NCBI GenBank assembly: GCA_021323255.1
Contig: JAJTCL010000002.1
Location: forward strand, 1-53,545
Reading direction: 5' to 3'
DNA length: 53,545 bases
From: Propionibacteriaceae bacterium
Lineage (GTDB): Bacteria; Actinomycetota; Actinomycetes; Propionibacteriales; Propionibacteriaceae
The notes under the pieces are model-generated. The model was not told where the DNA came from. It did no database searches and saw only the letters and a program-made list of their open reading frames with translations. Both the position numbers and the translations under genes were made by a program. Positions 38,124 to 47,423 of the stretch are shown here, one piece after another. Each line of letters starts with the position of its first letter. Position 1 is the first letter of the stretch.

Positions 38124-39293
38124 CTACTCCACCGGAAGTCCGAGCTGCCGAGCGATCAGTAGCCGCTGTACCTCGGAGGTGCCTTCGCCGATCTCAAGAA
38201 CCTTCGCATCCCGATAGAAACGTGCCACCGGATACTCCTCCATGAACCCGTAGCCGCCGAAGATCTGAGTAGCGACCCGCGCTGCGCTGACCGCGGACTC
38301 TGTGGCATAAAGCTTGGCGATCGCAGCGGCCCGATGGAAATCCCGTGCACTGGCACCCTGATCGCGCATAGCGGCAGCTGCGTATACCAGCTGATGGGCT
38401 GCCGCGGCCATCACGTCAAGATCAGCAATCTGGAAGGCGACACCCTGCTTGCTGCCAATCGGAACTCCGAACGTGGTGCGCTGCTTCGCGTATTCGGTCG
38501 ACAGTTCGAGACAAGCTCGGATGCATCCCAATGCCAGCGCGGCAATCGCGACGCGCCCGCCATCCAGGATCGACAAGAATTCGTGATAGCCCTCTCCCCG
38601 CTCGCCCAGTAGATGATCTTCGGGCACAGAGACGTCAGTGAAGGTAAGCGGATGGGTGTCTGAGGCGTGCCAGCCGAGCTTCAGATAGCTGGAACCGACC
38701 ACGAAACCGGGTGTGCCGGTAGGCACGACGATGGCCGATATCTCGGGTCTGCCATCCTCGCGGGTGCCGGTACGGGCTGTGATCGTGCAGAGAGAAGTGA
38801 TGTCAGTGCCGGAATTGGTAATGAACTGCTTGCTGCCGTTGATCACCCATTCATGATCACGCAGGATGGCGCGGGTCCGGATGGCGCCGGCGTCCGAGCC
38901 AGCTTCTGGCTCGGTGAGACCGAAGGCGGCGAGCGCGCGGCCGGCAAGCAGATCAGGCAACCACCGCGCCTTCTGCTCCGGCGTGCCGAAGTGAGCGATC
39001 GGATTGATGCCCAGCCCTACAGCAGCCTCCAGCGTGATTCCGAGCGACTGGTCCACCTTGCCGATCTCTTCGATCGCAATGCACAGGCTGGTGAAGTCAC
39101 CTGCCCCGCCGTACTCCTCCGGTCCTCCGAGTCCAAAGAGGCCGAGATCACCCATGAGCTTGATTGCTTCCAGCGGTGCCTCGTGGGCGGCGTTCCAGCG
39201 CTCGACATGGGGCGCCAGATCGCGTGCAGCGAAATCAGCAACCGCGGCCCGGAAGTCGTTGTGCTCCTCGCCGAGGGAGAACGTACCGGTCAT
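38124..39293 (-). CDS. Acyl-CoA dehydrogenase
   Basis: FGLTEPEAGSD, KQFITNSG, GGYGFMEE, EIGEGTSEVQR. Confidence 0.93.
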   Translation of the reverse strand: MTGTFSLGEEHNDFRAAVADFAARDLAPHVERWNAAHEAPLEAIKLMGDLGLFGLGGPEEYGGAGDFTSLCIAIEEIGKVDQSLGITLEAAVGLGINPIAHFGTPEQKARWLPDLLAGRALAAFGLTEPEAGSDAGAIRTRAILRDHEWVINGSKQFITNSGTDITSLCTITARTGTREDGRPEISAIVVPTGTPGFVVGSSYLKLGWHASDTHPLTFTDVSVPEDHLLGERGEGYHEFLSILDGGRVAIAALALGCIRACLELSTEYAKQRTTFGVPIGSKQGVAFQIADLDVMAAAAHQLVYAAAAMRDQGASARDFHRAAAIAKLYATESAVSAARVATQIFGGYGFMEEYPVARFYRDAKVLEIGEGTSEVQRLLIARQLGLPVE

Positions 39294-39332
39294 CAGGCTC
39301 TTCCCGTCGTCGCTGACCTTGTCAGCATAGCT

Positions 39333-39352
39333 TGACGCTTACGTAAACGTCA
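39333..39352. promoter_or_regulatory. LiuR-like (MerR family) operator
   Basis: Near-perfect palindrome TGACGCTTACGTAAACGTCA between the divergent acyl-CoA dehydrogenase and MerR genes. Confidence 0.8.
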
Positions 39353-39386
39353 TGTCTAGACTTCGGTGGGAAGGAAGGCGCGCACG

Positions 39387-39776
39387 ATGAGTGAACGAAC
39401 GTGGAGCATTGGGGAGCTCGCCGAGGAGTTCGACACGACTCTGCGGACCATCCGGTTCTATGAGGACCGCGGACTCCTCGCGCCCGAGCGACAGGGCACC
39501 ACTCGGGTCTTCCATGCTCGGGATCGGGTACGGCTGCAACTCATCCTGCGCGGCAAGCGGCTCGGGTTCACCCTCGACGAGATCGCCCACGTGATCAACA
39601 TGTACGACGAAACGCCAGGCGAGCGCGGCCAGCTAGCATTCCTGATCGCCGATATCGGCAAGCGCCGGGAAGCGCTCTTGGCAAAACGCCGGGATGTGAA
39701 TGAGGCGCTCGCGGAGCTAGATGATCTTGAGGAGCGCTGCCGGGCCGACCTGGATCGCCTCAGCGATTCCCGGTGA
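39387..39776 (+). CDS. MerR family regulator, LiuR-like
   Basis: WSIGELAEEFDTTLRTIRFYEDRGLL.P.R, LILRGKRLGFTLDEI. Confidence 0.9.
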   Translation: MSERTWSIGELAEEFDTTLRTIRFYEDRGLLAPERQGTTRVFHARDRVRLQLILRGKRLGFTLDEIAHVINMYDETPGERGQLAFLIADIGKRREALLAKRRDVNEALAELDDLEERCRADLDRLSDSR

Positions 39777-39800
39777 TGAGGAGCTGAACCGGCAAACGGG

Positions 39801-40355
39801 TTACTCCAAGGCGAGGGAAGCCGCGGCGTCTTGCTGGCCGGTGACGTCCCAGAGATGGTGGATCACATCGTGCAAGAAGTACTGGATGAAGGTCAGGACC
39901 GTGAATTCCGCACCGTCGGACCTGAACCCACGTCGTGAGTATTGATCGGGCGTGAGCGAGCGGATCCGGGCAACGAAAACTTGCGCAGCAGCCTCGAGCT
40001 CGTCGGCAACCACCTCGGGGTCCTGCTCGCTGTACCGTTCCGCGATGGCTGTCTCATCCTGGTCCCAGCTGGCGAAAGTCGGTGTGTCCTCGCTGAGCAG
40101 CTGAGCAAGGCGGGCATCGAAAAGCCGGTAGACGTCGCGAACATGGGCGCCGTATTCCAGAGGCGACCAGACGTCGGGCTGCGGGCGCGCTGACACCGCC
40201 GGGCTCGAGCGCAGGATCTGAACCCACTCTTCGGCGGCGACGAAGGCACGCTCGGCAAATTGTGCGGGATCGATCTCGCCAGCCGACAGACCACATTGGT
40301 CACACCGTCGCCTCAGCGTCCAGGTCCAGTCTTTGGTGTCCGGTGGAGGTTGCAC
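39801..40355 (-). CDS. DinB superfamily protein
   Basis: PDTKDWTW..C..CG, WSPLEYGAHVRD, HDVIHHLWD. Confidence 0.85.
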   Translation of the reverse strand: MQPPPDTKDWTWTLRRRCDQCGLSAGEIDPAQFAERAFVAAEEWVQILRSSPAVSARPQPDVWSPLEYGAHVRDVYRLFDARLAQLLSEDTPTFASWDQDETAIAERYSEQDPEVVADELEAAAQVFVARIRSLTPDQYSRRGFRSDGAEFTVLTFIQYFLHDVIHHLWDVTGQQDAAASLALE

Positions 40356-40411
40356 GGCTAAAGCCTAGTGCGCCTCCCCCTCACTATCCGGGCCCTTGTC
40401 AAGCCCATCCA

Positions 40412-40499
40412 ATGTCCACAAGCCAGCGGCGTCGACTGTGGAGAAGTTGATCATTTCGGTGCATGACTAAGGCCATCTTGTGGACAGCCCGGTGGACAA
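40412..40499. promoter_or_regulatory. Cluster of four DnaA-box-like 9-mers
   Basis: ATGTCCACA(40412), TGTGGAGAA(40437), TGTGGACAG(40479), GGTGGACAA(40491). Each is 8/9 to TTGTCCACA or its complement. Confidence 0.6.
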
Positions 40500-40569
40500 C
40501 AAAATTGCTGGATTTTCTTTTCTGGATTGGGTTGCGGGGCGCCTGACAAGGCTGTAGAAATCTCTTACG

Positions 40570-40752
40570 CACTTCCGCAAGGAAGGGCGCGACTGGGACA
40601 GAACCGAGAATTCGCACGGTGAGGCAACTCGCCGCAGCGGCCGGTGACGGGTTGCTGGGATTCGTCGGGTCGCCTGGTCAGCTGGAGACGTCGCTTAACT
40701 CCGGCTAACTAGTGGGCCCCTGCAACTCATACTTGGAGGGGCCCACGCTATT
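40570..40752 (+). ncRNA. Unidentified structured ncRNA candidate
   Basis: Two GCAA-capped hairpins, a GUGA-capped hairpin, an enclosing stem, a further hairpin and a terminal GC stem. Promoter-like TTGCGG-N17-TAGAAA upstream. Confidence 0.65.
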
Positions 40753-40755
40753 TAT
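40712..40755 (+). terminator. Terminator-like hairpin ending the ncRNA candidate
   Basis: GTGGGCCCCT...AGGGGCCCAC followed by GCTATTTAT. Confidence 0.6.
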
Positions 40756-40763
40756 CTGAGCCC

Positions 40764-40951
40764 GCTGCTCGCGCTCTGTTCGATGGCTCGCTCCGCTCGC
40801 GGCGGATCGCGCCGCGAAGTCGCCTACTTCGTCGTCGCTCCCCGACGAAAGGCGTGTCGGCTCGTTCCTCCTCAGCACGGCGACGCGCGATCCGATTTGG
40901 GTCCTCGCACCTCCTCACCACCGAAGAGCCGCGATTCTCGACGCTCGCAGC
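40764..40951. repeat. Decayed family A element (copy 4) containing a full B-type insert (40777-40894)
   Basis: Outer ends GCTGCTCGCGC / GCGATTCTCGACGCTCGCAGC. Insert colinear with 49898-50016. Confidence 0.8.
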
Positions 40952-41081
40952 CCACAGGCCACGGCGCTCACTGGAGGAATTCGCTTTCTCCCCGTGGCAC
41001 GCTCAATGTCGACACGGCGTGAATCCGCGCTGCGTGAGACGGCATTAGAGTGGCAAGAGGCGGTTTGGACGGGGAGGACGC

Positions 41082-42848
41082 GTGAGAATCAGCAAGGTGC
41101 TTGTCGCCAACCGGGGCGAGATCGCCGTACGCGTGATCCGGGCGGCCGCAGACGCAGGACTGGCCAGTGTCGCCATCTACGCCGAACCGGACTCCGAGTC
41201 GCTGTTCGTCTCGCTCGCGGACGAGGCGTACGCGCTGGGCGGCGCCACACCGGCAGAGACGTATCTAGACGTCACCAAGATCATCGACATCGCGGCTCGC
41301 AGCGGTGCTGACGCGATTCACCCTGGGTACGGCTTTCTAGCCGAGAACGCCTCATTCGCTGAGGCTGTCATCGCGGCCGGGCTGATCTGGATCGGTCCGC
41401 CGCCCGCAGCCATAGACGCTCTGGGCGATAAGGTCCAGGCCCGACACATCGCACAAAAGGTCGGCGCTCCGCTGGTCCCCGGTACCTCGGACCCAGTCGA
41501 CAACGCTGATGAGGTCATCGGCTTCGCGACCGAGCACGGGTTGCCCATTGCGATCAAGGCCGCCTTCGGCGGCGGCGGCAGAGGCCTGAAGGTCGCCCGC
41601 CAGATGGAGGAGATCCCCGAGCTCTTCGACTCCGCGACACGTGAGGCAGTCACCGCCTTCGGGCGCGGTGAATGCTTCGTCGAGCGCTATCTCGACAAGC
41701 CGCGCCATGTTGAGACCCAGTGCCTGGCCGACAGCCATGGCAACGTCGTAGTCGTCTCGACCCGAGACTGCTCCCTCCAGCGCCGCCACCAGAAGTTGGT
41801 GGAGGAGGCGCCGGCTCCCTTCCTCTCCACCGAACAGATGGAACGCCTCTATACCTCATCCAAGGCGATCCTCGCCGAGGCCGGCTACCTGGGAGCCGGC
41901 ACTTGTGAGTTTCTGGTTGGGCAAGACGGGACCATCTCCTTCCTCGAGGTCAACACTCGGCTCCAAGTCGAACACCCGGTGTCGGAGGAAGTCACCGGAC
42001 TCGATCTCGTCCGGGAAATGTTTCGCATCGCCGAGGGGGAACCGCTGGGATACGAAGACCCATCCGTGACCGGCCACTCCATCGAGTTCCGGATCAACGC
42101 CGAGGACGCAGGCCGGAACTTCATGCCTGCACCGGGAACACTGACCGCTTGGCGACCGCCGTCAGGACCGGGTGTCCGGGTCGATGAGGGCTACGTCACT
42201 GGGATGACCGTTCCTGGCAGCTTCGACTCACTCATCGCCAAGATCATCATCACCGGTGCGGATCGCCAGCAGGCACTGGAGCGATCACGCCGGGCACTGA
42301 AAGAACTCGTGATCGAGGGTATGCCGACGGTTGTCCCATTCCATCAGGCTGTCCTGGAGGACCCGGCCTATACCGCTGAGGATGGGCACTTCGGCGTACA
42401 CACCCGCTGGATCGAGACCGAGTTCAGTGGGCAGATTGCACCGTACGCAGGTGTGCTCGGCGAGGCTCCCGAGCTACTCCCGCGCTACAAGGTCGTCGTC
42501 GAGGTCAATGGCAAGCGGTTGGAGGTGCTGGTACCCGCGGGCCTGGGAGCCGCCAACGGGTCCACCACCGCTGCCCGGTCGAAGAAGCCCGTCAAACGCC
42601 AAAGCGGAGCGGCGACGAAGACGCCCTCTGGCAATGCGCTCACCTCGCCCATGCAGGGCACCATCGTGAAGGTGGCGGTCGCTGATGGTGACATCGTCGA
42701 GGCTGGCGACCTGGTCGTGGTCCTCGAGGCGATGAAGATGGAGCAGCCACTGACAGCACACCGGAGCGGCATGGTGAAGAACCTCAATGCCCAGGTAGGT
42801 GCAACGGTGACCAGCGGCTCTCCGCTCTGCGAAATCATCGACTCTTGA
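41082..42848 (+). CDS. bccA: Acetyl/propionyl-CoA carboxylase alpha subunit (biotin carboxylase plus BCCP)
   Basis: [41 protein letters not shown]. Confidence 0.96.
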   Translation: MRISKVLVANRGEIAVRVIRAAADAGLASVAIYAEPDSESLFVSLADEAYALGGATPAETYLDVTKIIDIAARSGADAIHPGYGFLAENASFAEAVIAAGLIWIGPPPAAIDALGDKVQARHIAQKVGAPLVPGTSDPVDNADEVIGFATEHGLPIAIKAAFGGGGRGLKVARQMEEIPELFDSATREAVTAFGRGECFVERYLDKPRHVETQCLADSHGNVVVVSTRDCSLQRRHQKLVEEAPAPFLSTEQMERLYTSSKAILAEAGYLGAGTCEFLVGQDGTISFLEVNTRLQVEHPVSEEVTGLDLVREMFRIAEGEPLGYEDPSVTGHSIEFRINAEDAGRNFMPAPGTLTAWRPPSGPGVRVDEGYVTGMTVPGSFDSLIAKIIITGADRQQALERSRRALKELVIEGMPTVVPFHQAVLEDPAYTAEDGHFGVHTRWIETEFSGQIAPYAGVLGEAPELLPRYKVVVEVNGKRLEVLVPAGLGAANGSTTAARSKKPVKRQSGAATKTPSGNALTSPMQGTIVKVAVADGDIVEAGDLVVVLEAMKMEQPLTAHRSGMVKNLNAQVGATVTSGSPLCEIIDS

Positions 42849-42976
42849 GGGTCGACAGTCGGTACCGGCGACCGGTTGTACCCTTGCCTCCGAAGAGCCC
42901 CCTGGCGGTCTAAAAGGTCAGTAAGAAGACGCCGCGACAAGGGGAAACCGCAGGAGGCGAAGGCACACTGTGACCC

Positions 42977-43774
42977 ATGGCTGAACTCTTGGTGTTGCTG
43001 ATTGTGGTGGCACTGATCGTGGGCGGTGTCGCCCTCTACCGCAGGTATGCGATCCAGCAGCGCCAGGCTGCGGAGCAAGCGGCACTGGAAACCCAACTCT
43101 CCACATCCAAGCGGGCAGCTGACGAAGATGTCACCAAGTTTGGCGAGGAACTGCAGCGGCTGGACTCCGATGTCGCCGGGCATCCACTCGACGAGGCGAT
43201 GCAACAGGACTACCAGCGCGCTTTGGACGCTTACGACAACGCGAAGATGTCGCTGGACGCGGTTACCAGACCAGAGGAAATCCGGCACGTCACCGAGATC
43301 TTGGAGGATGGGCGATACGCCGTCGCATGTGTCAAGGCACGAGTCGCGGGTGAGCCGCTGCCTGCCAAACGTCCACCCTGTTTCTTCAATCCCGCGCACG
43401 GCCCCTCTTCCCAAGACGTCACCTGGGCACCTCCCGGAGGCGTCGCGCGCTCGGTGCCAGCGTGTCCTGCTGACGCGGAACGGGTACTTGCCGGAGCCGA
43501 TCCCTACATTCGCACTGTCCAGGTCGGCGCCCAGCGCGTTCCTTACTGGGAAGGCGGTCCCGCGTACGCGCCGTGGGCGCAGGGTTACTACAGCCGCTGG
43601 AGCGGCAGTGACATGCTCTCCGGCATGTTGATCGGCGGCCTGCTGTTCGGTGGCATGGGCAACATGTTCTCCGGCGTCGGCGAGGGCATGGGTGACCTCA
43701 TGGGTGGGATCGGCGAGGGCGCGAGCGATATCGGAGGCGGTATCGGCGACATGTTCGGAGACATGTTCGAGTAG
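42977..43774 (+). CDS. Conserved actinobacterial membrane-anchored hypothetical protein
   Basis: N-terminal TM, coiled region, PCFFNPAHGPS..VPACPADA, Gly-rich tail. Confidence 0.75.
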   Translation: MAELLVLLIVVALIVGGVALYRRYAIQQRQAAEQAALETQLSTSKRAADEDVTKFGEELQRLDSDVAGHPLDEAMQQDYQRALDAYDNAKMSLDAVTRPEEIRHVTEILEDGRYAVACVKARVAGEPLPAKRPPCFFNPAHGPSSQDVTWAPPGGVARSVPACPADAERVLAGADPYIRTVQVGAQRVPYWEGGPAYAPWAQGYYSRWSGSDMLSGMLIGGLLFGGMGNMFSGVGEGMGDLMGGIGEGASDIGGGIGDMFGDMFE

Positions 43775-43776
43775 GG

Positions 43777-44610
43777 CTAACCGAGCAGGGTCGACCGAAG
43801 CTCAGTGAGCGTTTCCGAACACCCGCGATCGATCTTCACGTTCGCGAGCTCGTCGCCGCGGGTCGCTCCTCGATTGATGATCATCACCAGCCGTTGCTGC
43901 TTCGCGTTGTGCCGGACGAAACGCAAGCCGGACATCACTGTCAGCGAGGAGCCCAAGACCACCAGGACCTCGCCACGCTCCAGGAGCGCGTACGCCGCCT
44001 CGACTCGCGGCTTCGGAACCGACTCGCCGAAGAACACCACGTCGGGCTTGAGCGGTCCACCGCAGTGCGCGCAGCCGACCAGCCTGAACTGCCGCCAATC
44101 CTGGACAACCGCATCGCCGTCCGGCCGCAGTTCGGCGTGCTCCAGTGTGTGCCGCTCGCCGAGTTTCGGATTCGCGGCCTGCAACCGGCGCTGCAGCTCG
44201 CTGCGCTCCGAGCGATCCCCGCAGTCCAGACAGACCACGCTGGCGATATCGCCATGGAGGTTGATCACCCGGCTACTGCCGGCGGCTGAATGCAGCCCGT
44301 CCACGTTTTGCGTGATCACTCCGGTCAGTCCGACGGCTTCCAGGTCGGCCAGGGCACGATGTCCGGGATTCGGTGCCGCGCGGCCGATGCGGCGCCAGCC
44401 CAGGTAGGAACGGGCCCAGTAGCGACGCTGGGCATCGGCAGAGCCGAGGAACTCGTTGTATTGCATCGGCGTGGCACGTATCGAGGTCGGTCCGCGATAA
44501 TCCGGGATCCCGGAGTCGGTCGATATGCCCGCACCAGTGAGGGCGACCCAGCTGCGGCCGCGGAGCAGTTCTGCGGCCGCGGTAACGGCGGCCGGCGCTG
44601 CCACTGTCAC
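43777..44610 (-). CDS. Sir2 family NAD-dependent deacylase
   Basis: GAGISTDSGIPDYRG, TQNVDGLH, two CxxC, KPDVVFFGE. Confidence 0.93.
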   Translation of the reverse strand: MTVAAPAAVTAAAELLRGRSWVALTGAGISTDSGIPDYRGPTSIRATPMQYNEFLGSADAQRRYWARSYLGWRRIGRAAPNPGHRALADLEAVGLTGVITQNVDGLHSAAGSSRVINLHGDIASVVCLDCGDRSERSELQRRLQAANPKLGERHTLEHAELRPDGDAVVQDWRQFRLVGCAHCGGPLKPDVVFFGESVPKPRVEAAYALLERGEVLVVLGSSLTVMSGLRFVRHNAKQQRLVMIINRGATRGDELANVKIDRGCSETLTELRSTLLG

Positions 44611-44684
44611 GCAAGAACCGTACCGTGCAAGATCAAGATGCGGGAATCCTCGATTCGGCTGACTCAGTTGCGGGCAGTACCGGC

Positions 44685-46097
44685 TCAGCTGATCGTGCCG
44701 GTGCCCTTCAGCCGCCGGGCAGCCTCGGCGATGGAGCCGGTCATCGAGGGATACACGGTGAACGACTCCGCCACTTGATCTACGGTGAGCCGTTGCGCCA
44801 CAGCAATCGCCACCGGATAGATCAGCTCACTGGCGCGCGGGGCGACTACTACCCCACCGATCACGATGCCGGTCACTTTGCGGCAGATGAGCTTGACGAA
44901 GCCGTCACGGCTGGCCTGCATCTTGGCGCGGGCATTGCCCCGAAGCGGCAGAGACACTACACGGGCGGGCACCTCACCGGAGTCGACCTGCTGTTGAGTT
45001 ACCCCTACCGTGGCGATCTCAGGCGCGGTGAACACGTTCGACGACACTGTCTTGAGGTCGAGGGGAGACACGGCGTCGCCCAACGTATGCCACATGGCGA
45101 TCCGGCCCTGCATGGCAGCCACTGAGGCGAGCATGAGCACGCCGGTGCAGTCTCCCGCCGCATACACCCCCCGTGCCGAGGTGCGTGACACCCGATCGAC
45201 CTCGATAAAGCCGCCCCGGTCCAGCTTGACCCCGGCCCCCTCCAGACCGATGGCTGCCGTGTTCGGTATGGACCCAACGGCAAGCAGGCAGTGCGAGCCG
45301 ACGACAGTCCGCCCATCGGTCAGGGTCACCGTCACCTGGTGGCCGCTGCGCTCGACCGACTGCGCGCGTGATCGCGACAAGACAGTCATGCCGCGCCGGA
45401 CGAAGACATCCTCGAGCACCTGAGCCGCATCAGCGTCTTCGCCTGGGAGGACGCGGTCTCGCGAGGAGACGAGAACTACCTGGCAGCCGAGTGCGTCGTA
45501 CGCGCTGGCAAACTCCGCACCAGTGACCCCTGACCCAACAACGATCAGCCGTTCCGGCAACTCGGTCAGCCCGTAGACCTGCGTCCAGGTAAGGATCCGC
45601 TCGCCGTCGGGCTTGGCATCAGGGAGTTCGCGGGGGTGTGCTCCCGTTGCGATCAAGATCATGTCGGCGGGAAAGGACTGTTCACCATCTGCGGTCTCGG
45701 CGATCACCCGCTCGGGACCATCAAGCCTGCCGCGGCCGGCAACCAAGGTGACGTTCTCGCCGAGCAAGCGCTCTTCGATGTCGCACGATTGCCTTCTGGC
45801 GAGATCGAGGACCCGCTGGTTGACCGCTGCCAGGTGGACACTTACACCGGCGTCGACATCTCCTTGATCAAGCGGACCAAACCGCATCCCCAGATCGGCC
45901 GACTGGCGGACGTCCGCCATCACTTCGGCTGTGGCGATCAAGGTCTTCGAAGGCACGCAGTCGGTGAGCACCGCCGAGCCACCAAGACCATCACTGTCCA
46001 CCAGAGTGACCTCGCCACCCAGTTGGCTGGCGACCAACGCTGCCTCGTAACCGCCAGGACCTCCGCCGACAATCACTACTCGGGTCACCTTCGGCAT
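44685..46097 (-). CDS. lpdA: NAD(P)H-quinone dehydrogenase (LpdA-type flavoprotein disulfide reductase homolog)
   Basis: GGGPGGY, GGSAVLTDCVPSK (single Cys), C-terminal VYPSMTGSIAEAAR. Confidence 0.9.
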   Translation of the reverse strand: MPKVTRVVIVGGGPGGYEAALVASQLGGEVTLVDSDGLGGSAVLTDCVPSKTLIATAEVMADVRQSADLGMRFGPLDQGDVDAGVSVHLAAVNQRVLDLARRQSCDIEERLLGENVTLVAGRGRLDGPERVIAETADGEQSFPADMILIATGAHPRELPDAKPDGERILTWTQVYGLTELPERLIVVGSGVTGAEFASAYDALGCQVVLVSSRDRVLPGEDADAAQVLEDVFVRRGMTVLSRSRAQSVERSGHQVTVTLTDGRTVVGSHCLLAVGSIPNTAAIGLEGAGVKLDRGGFIEVDRVSRTSARGVYAAGDCTGVLMLASVAAMQGRIAMWHTLGDAVSPLDLKTVSSNVFTAPEIATVGVTQQQVDSGEVPARVVSLPLRGNARAKMQASRDGFVKLICRKVTGIVIGGVVVAPRASELIYPVAIAVAQRLTVDQVAESFTVYPSMTGSIAEAARRLKGTGTIS

Positions 46098-46143
46098 TCT
46101 TCCATCTCGCTGACGGCAGCACGGACCAGATAACCTCGCTGCT

Positions 46144-46584
46144 GTGCTGTACGCGGCGTACGGAAGCAACCTGGATCCAGGTCAAATGGCCGACCGTTGC
46201 CCGCATTCACCGCAGCGCGGCACCGGATGGGTTGAGGGCTGGCGCGTCACCTTTGGCGGCGAGGGTTGGGATGGTGCGCTGCCAACGTTGGTCGAGGATC
46301 CAGACAATCAGGTCTTTGTCGCCGTGTACGACGTGACGCCCGGTGACGAAAGCACCCTCGACGAATGGGAGAGCGCGGACACCGGGCTGTATCGCAAGGT
46401 CCGGGTACGGGTGGCGACGCTCGACGGCGAGGTGGCTGCCTGGGTCTATGTCTTGAATGACTTCGAGGGCGGTATCCCGAGCGCCCGGACCATTGGGATC
46501 CTTGCCGATGCGGCCGAGGCGGCCGGCGCTCCCACGGACTATGTCGCGGAGCTGCGCTCGCGTCCCTGCGTCAGCGGCTGGTGA
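46144..46584 (+). CDS. Gamma-glutamylcyclotransferase family protein
   Basis: YAAYGSNL, LDEWE, divergent from lpdA. Confidence 0.88.
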   Translation: MLYAAYGSNLDPGQMADRCPHSPQRGTGWVEGWRVTFGGEGWDGALPTLVEDPDNQVFVAVYDVTPGDESTLDEWESADTGLYRKVRVRVATLDGEVAAWVYVLNDFEGGIPSARTIGILADAAEAAGAPTDYVAELRSRPCVSGW

Positions 46585-46607
46585 GCTTGCGCAGTTAATG
46601 TCGTGCC

Positions 46608-47423
46608 ATGCCCAACGTTGGCCTGCCATCCGATCCGTACGCGCTCGCGAAGCTCGCTGCAGCAGCCATCCTGGAACGCTTCGACATTCCCCAAGTCGAT
46701 GCTGCTTTCGTGCTGGGATCAGGATGGTCGGCCGCCGCCGATAATCTTGGCGAGTTGATGGGCAGCTGCGAGCTGGCTGAACTGCCGGGCTGTGCACCGC
46801 CGACCGTGGTCGGTCACGGCGGGGAGCTTCGGATCGTCTCGACGTCCAGGGGCAAGATCGGGGCGATCTTCACTGGGCGCACCCATCTCTACGAAGGCTT
46901 TGGAGTGGACCAGGTAGTGCACGGGGTGCGCTCGGCCATCGCCGCTGGCGCCGCAGTGATCGTCCTGACGAACGGGTGCGGTGGACTCAACCCTCAATGG
47001 CCGCCCGGCTCGACCGTGCTGATCCGCGACTTCATCAACTTGACTGGCACCTCACCACTGCTGGGGGCCCGCTTCATCGACATGTCGATGCCGTACTCGG
47101 CGCGACTACGTGATCTTGCTCGTTCGGTGGATCCAGACCTGCCAGAGGGCGTGTACGTCCAGTTTCGCGGACCTCAGTTCGAAACTCCGGCCGAGGTACG
47201 GATGGCTGGGGTGCTGGGCGGCGACCTGGTCGGCATGTCGACCACACTCGAAACCATCGCAGCCAGCGAGCTCGGCGCAGAGGTACTCGGCATCTCTCTG
47301 GTCACGAACCTGGCGGCAGGCATCTCACCCCACCCGCTCAGCCATGAAGAGGTGCTCGAGGCCGGACGAGAAGCTGGGCCGCGGCTAAGGCGGTTGCTCG
47401 GGGGAATAGCGGCTGCCTTGTGA
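46608..47423 (+). CDS. punA: Purine-nucleoside phosphorylase
   Basis: VLGSG, GRTHLYEG, GPQFETPAE, VGMST, LVTNLAAG. Confidence 0.93.
   Translation: MPNVGLPSDPYALAKLAAAAILERFDIPQVDAAFVLGSGWSAAADNLGELMGSCELAELPGCAPPTVVGHGGELRIVSTSRGKIGAIFTGRTHLYEGFGVDQVVHGVRSAIAAGAAVIVLTNGCGGLNPQWPPGSTVLIRDFINLTGTSPLLGARFIDMSMPYSARLRDLARSVDPDLPEGVYVQFRGPQFETPAEVRMAGVLGGDLVGMSTTLETIAASELGAEVLGISLVTNLAAGISPHPLSHEEVLEAGREAGPRLRRLLGGIAAAL

Noticed and set aside
40399-40617. 72-aa minus-strand ORF, or oriC at the DnaA-box cluster
   Set aside because: The VHRAVHK peptide is a by-product of the boxes. Only four imperfect boxes and no dnaA/dnaN nearby, so oriC is not supported.
40570-40755. Riboswitch for bccA, Ms1, 6C RNA or tRNA
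   Set aside because: No recognisable aptamer motifs, C-rich loops or cloverleaf. It is separated from bccA by a terminator-like stem and a repeat element.
43630-43774. GGC-ATG-rich repeats
   Set aside because: Low-complexity Gly/Met/Asp coding tail, not a DNA repeat element.
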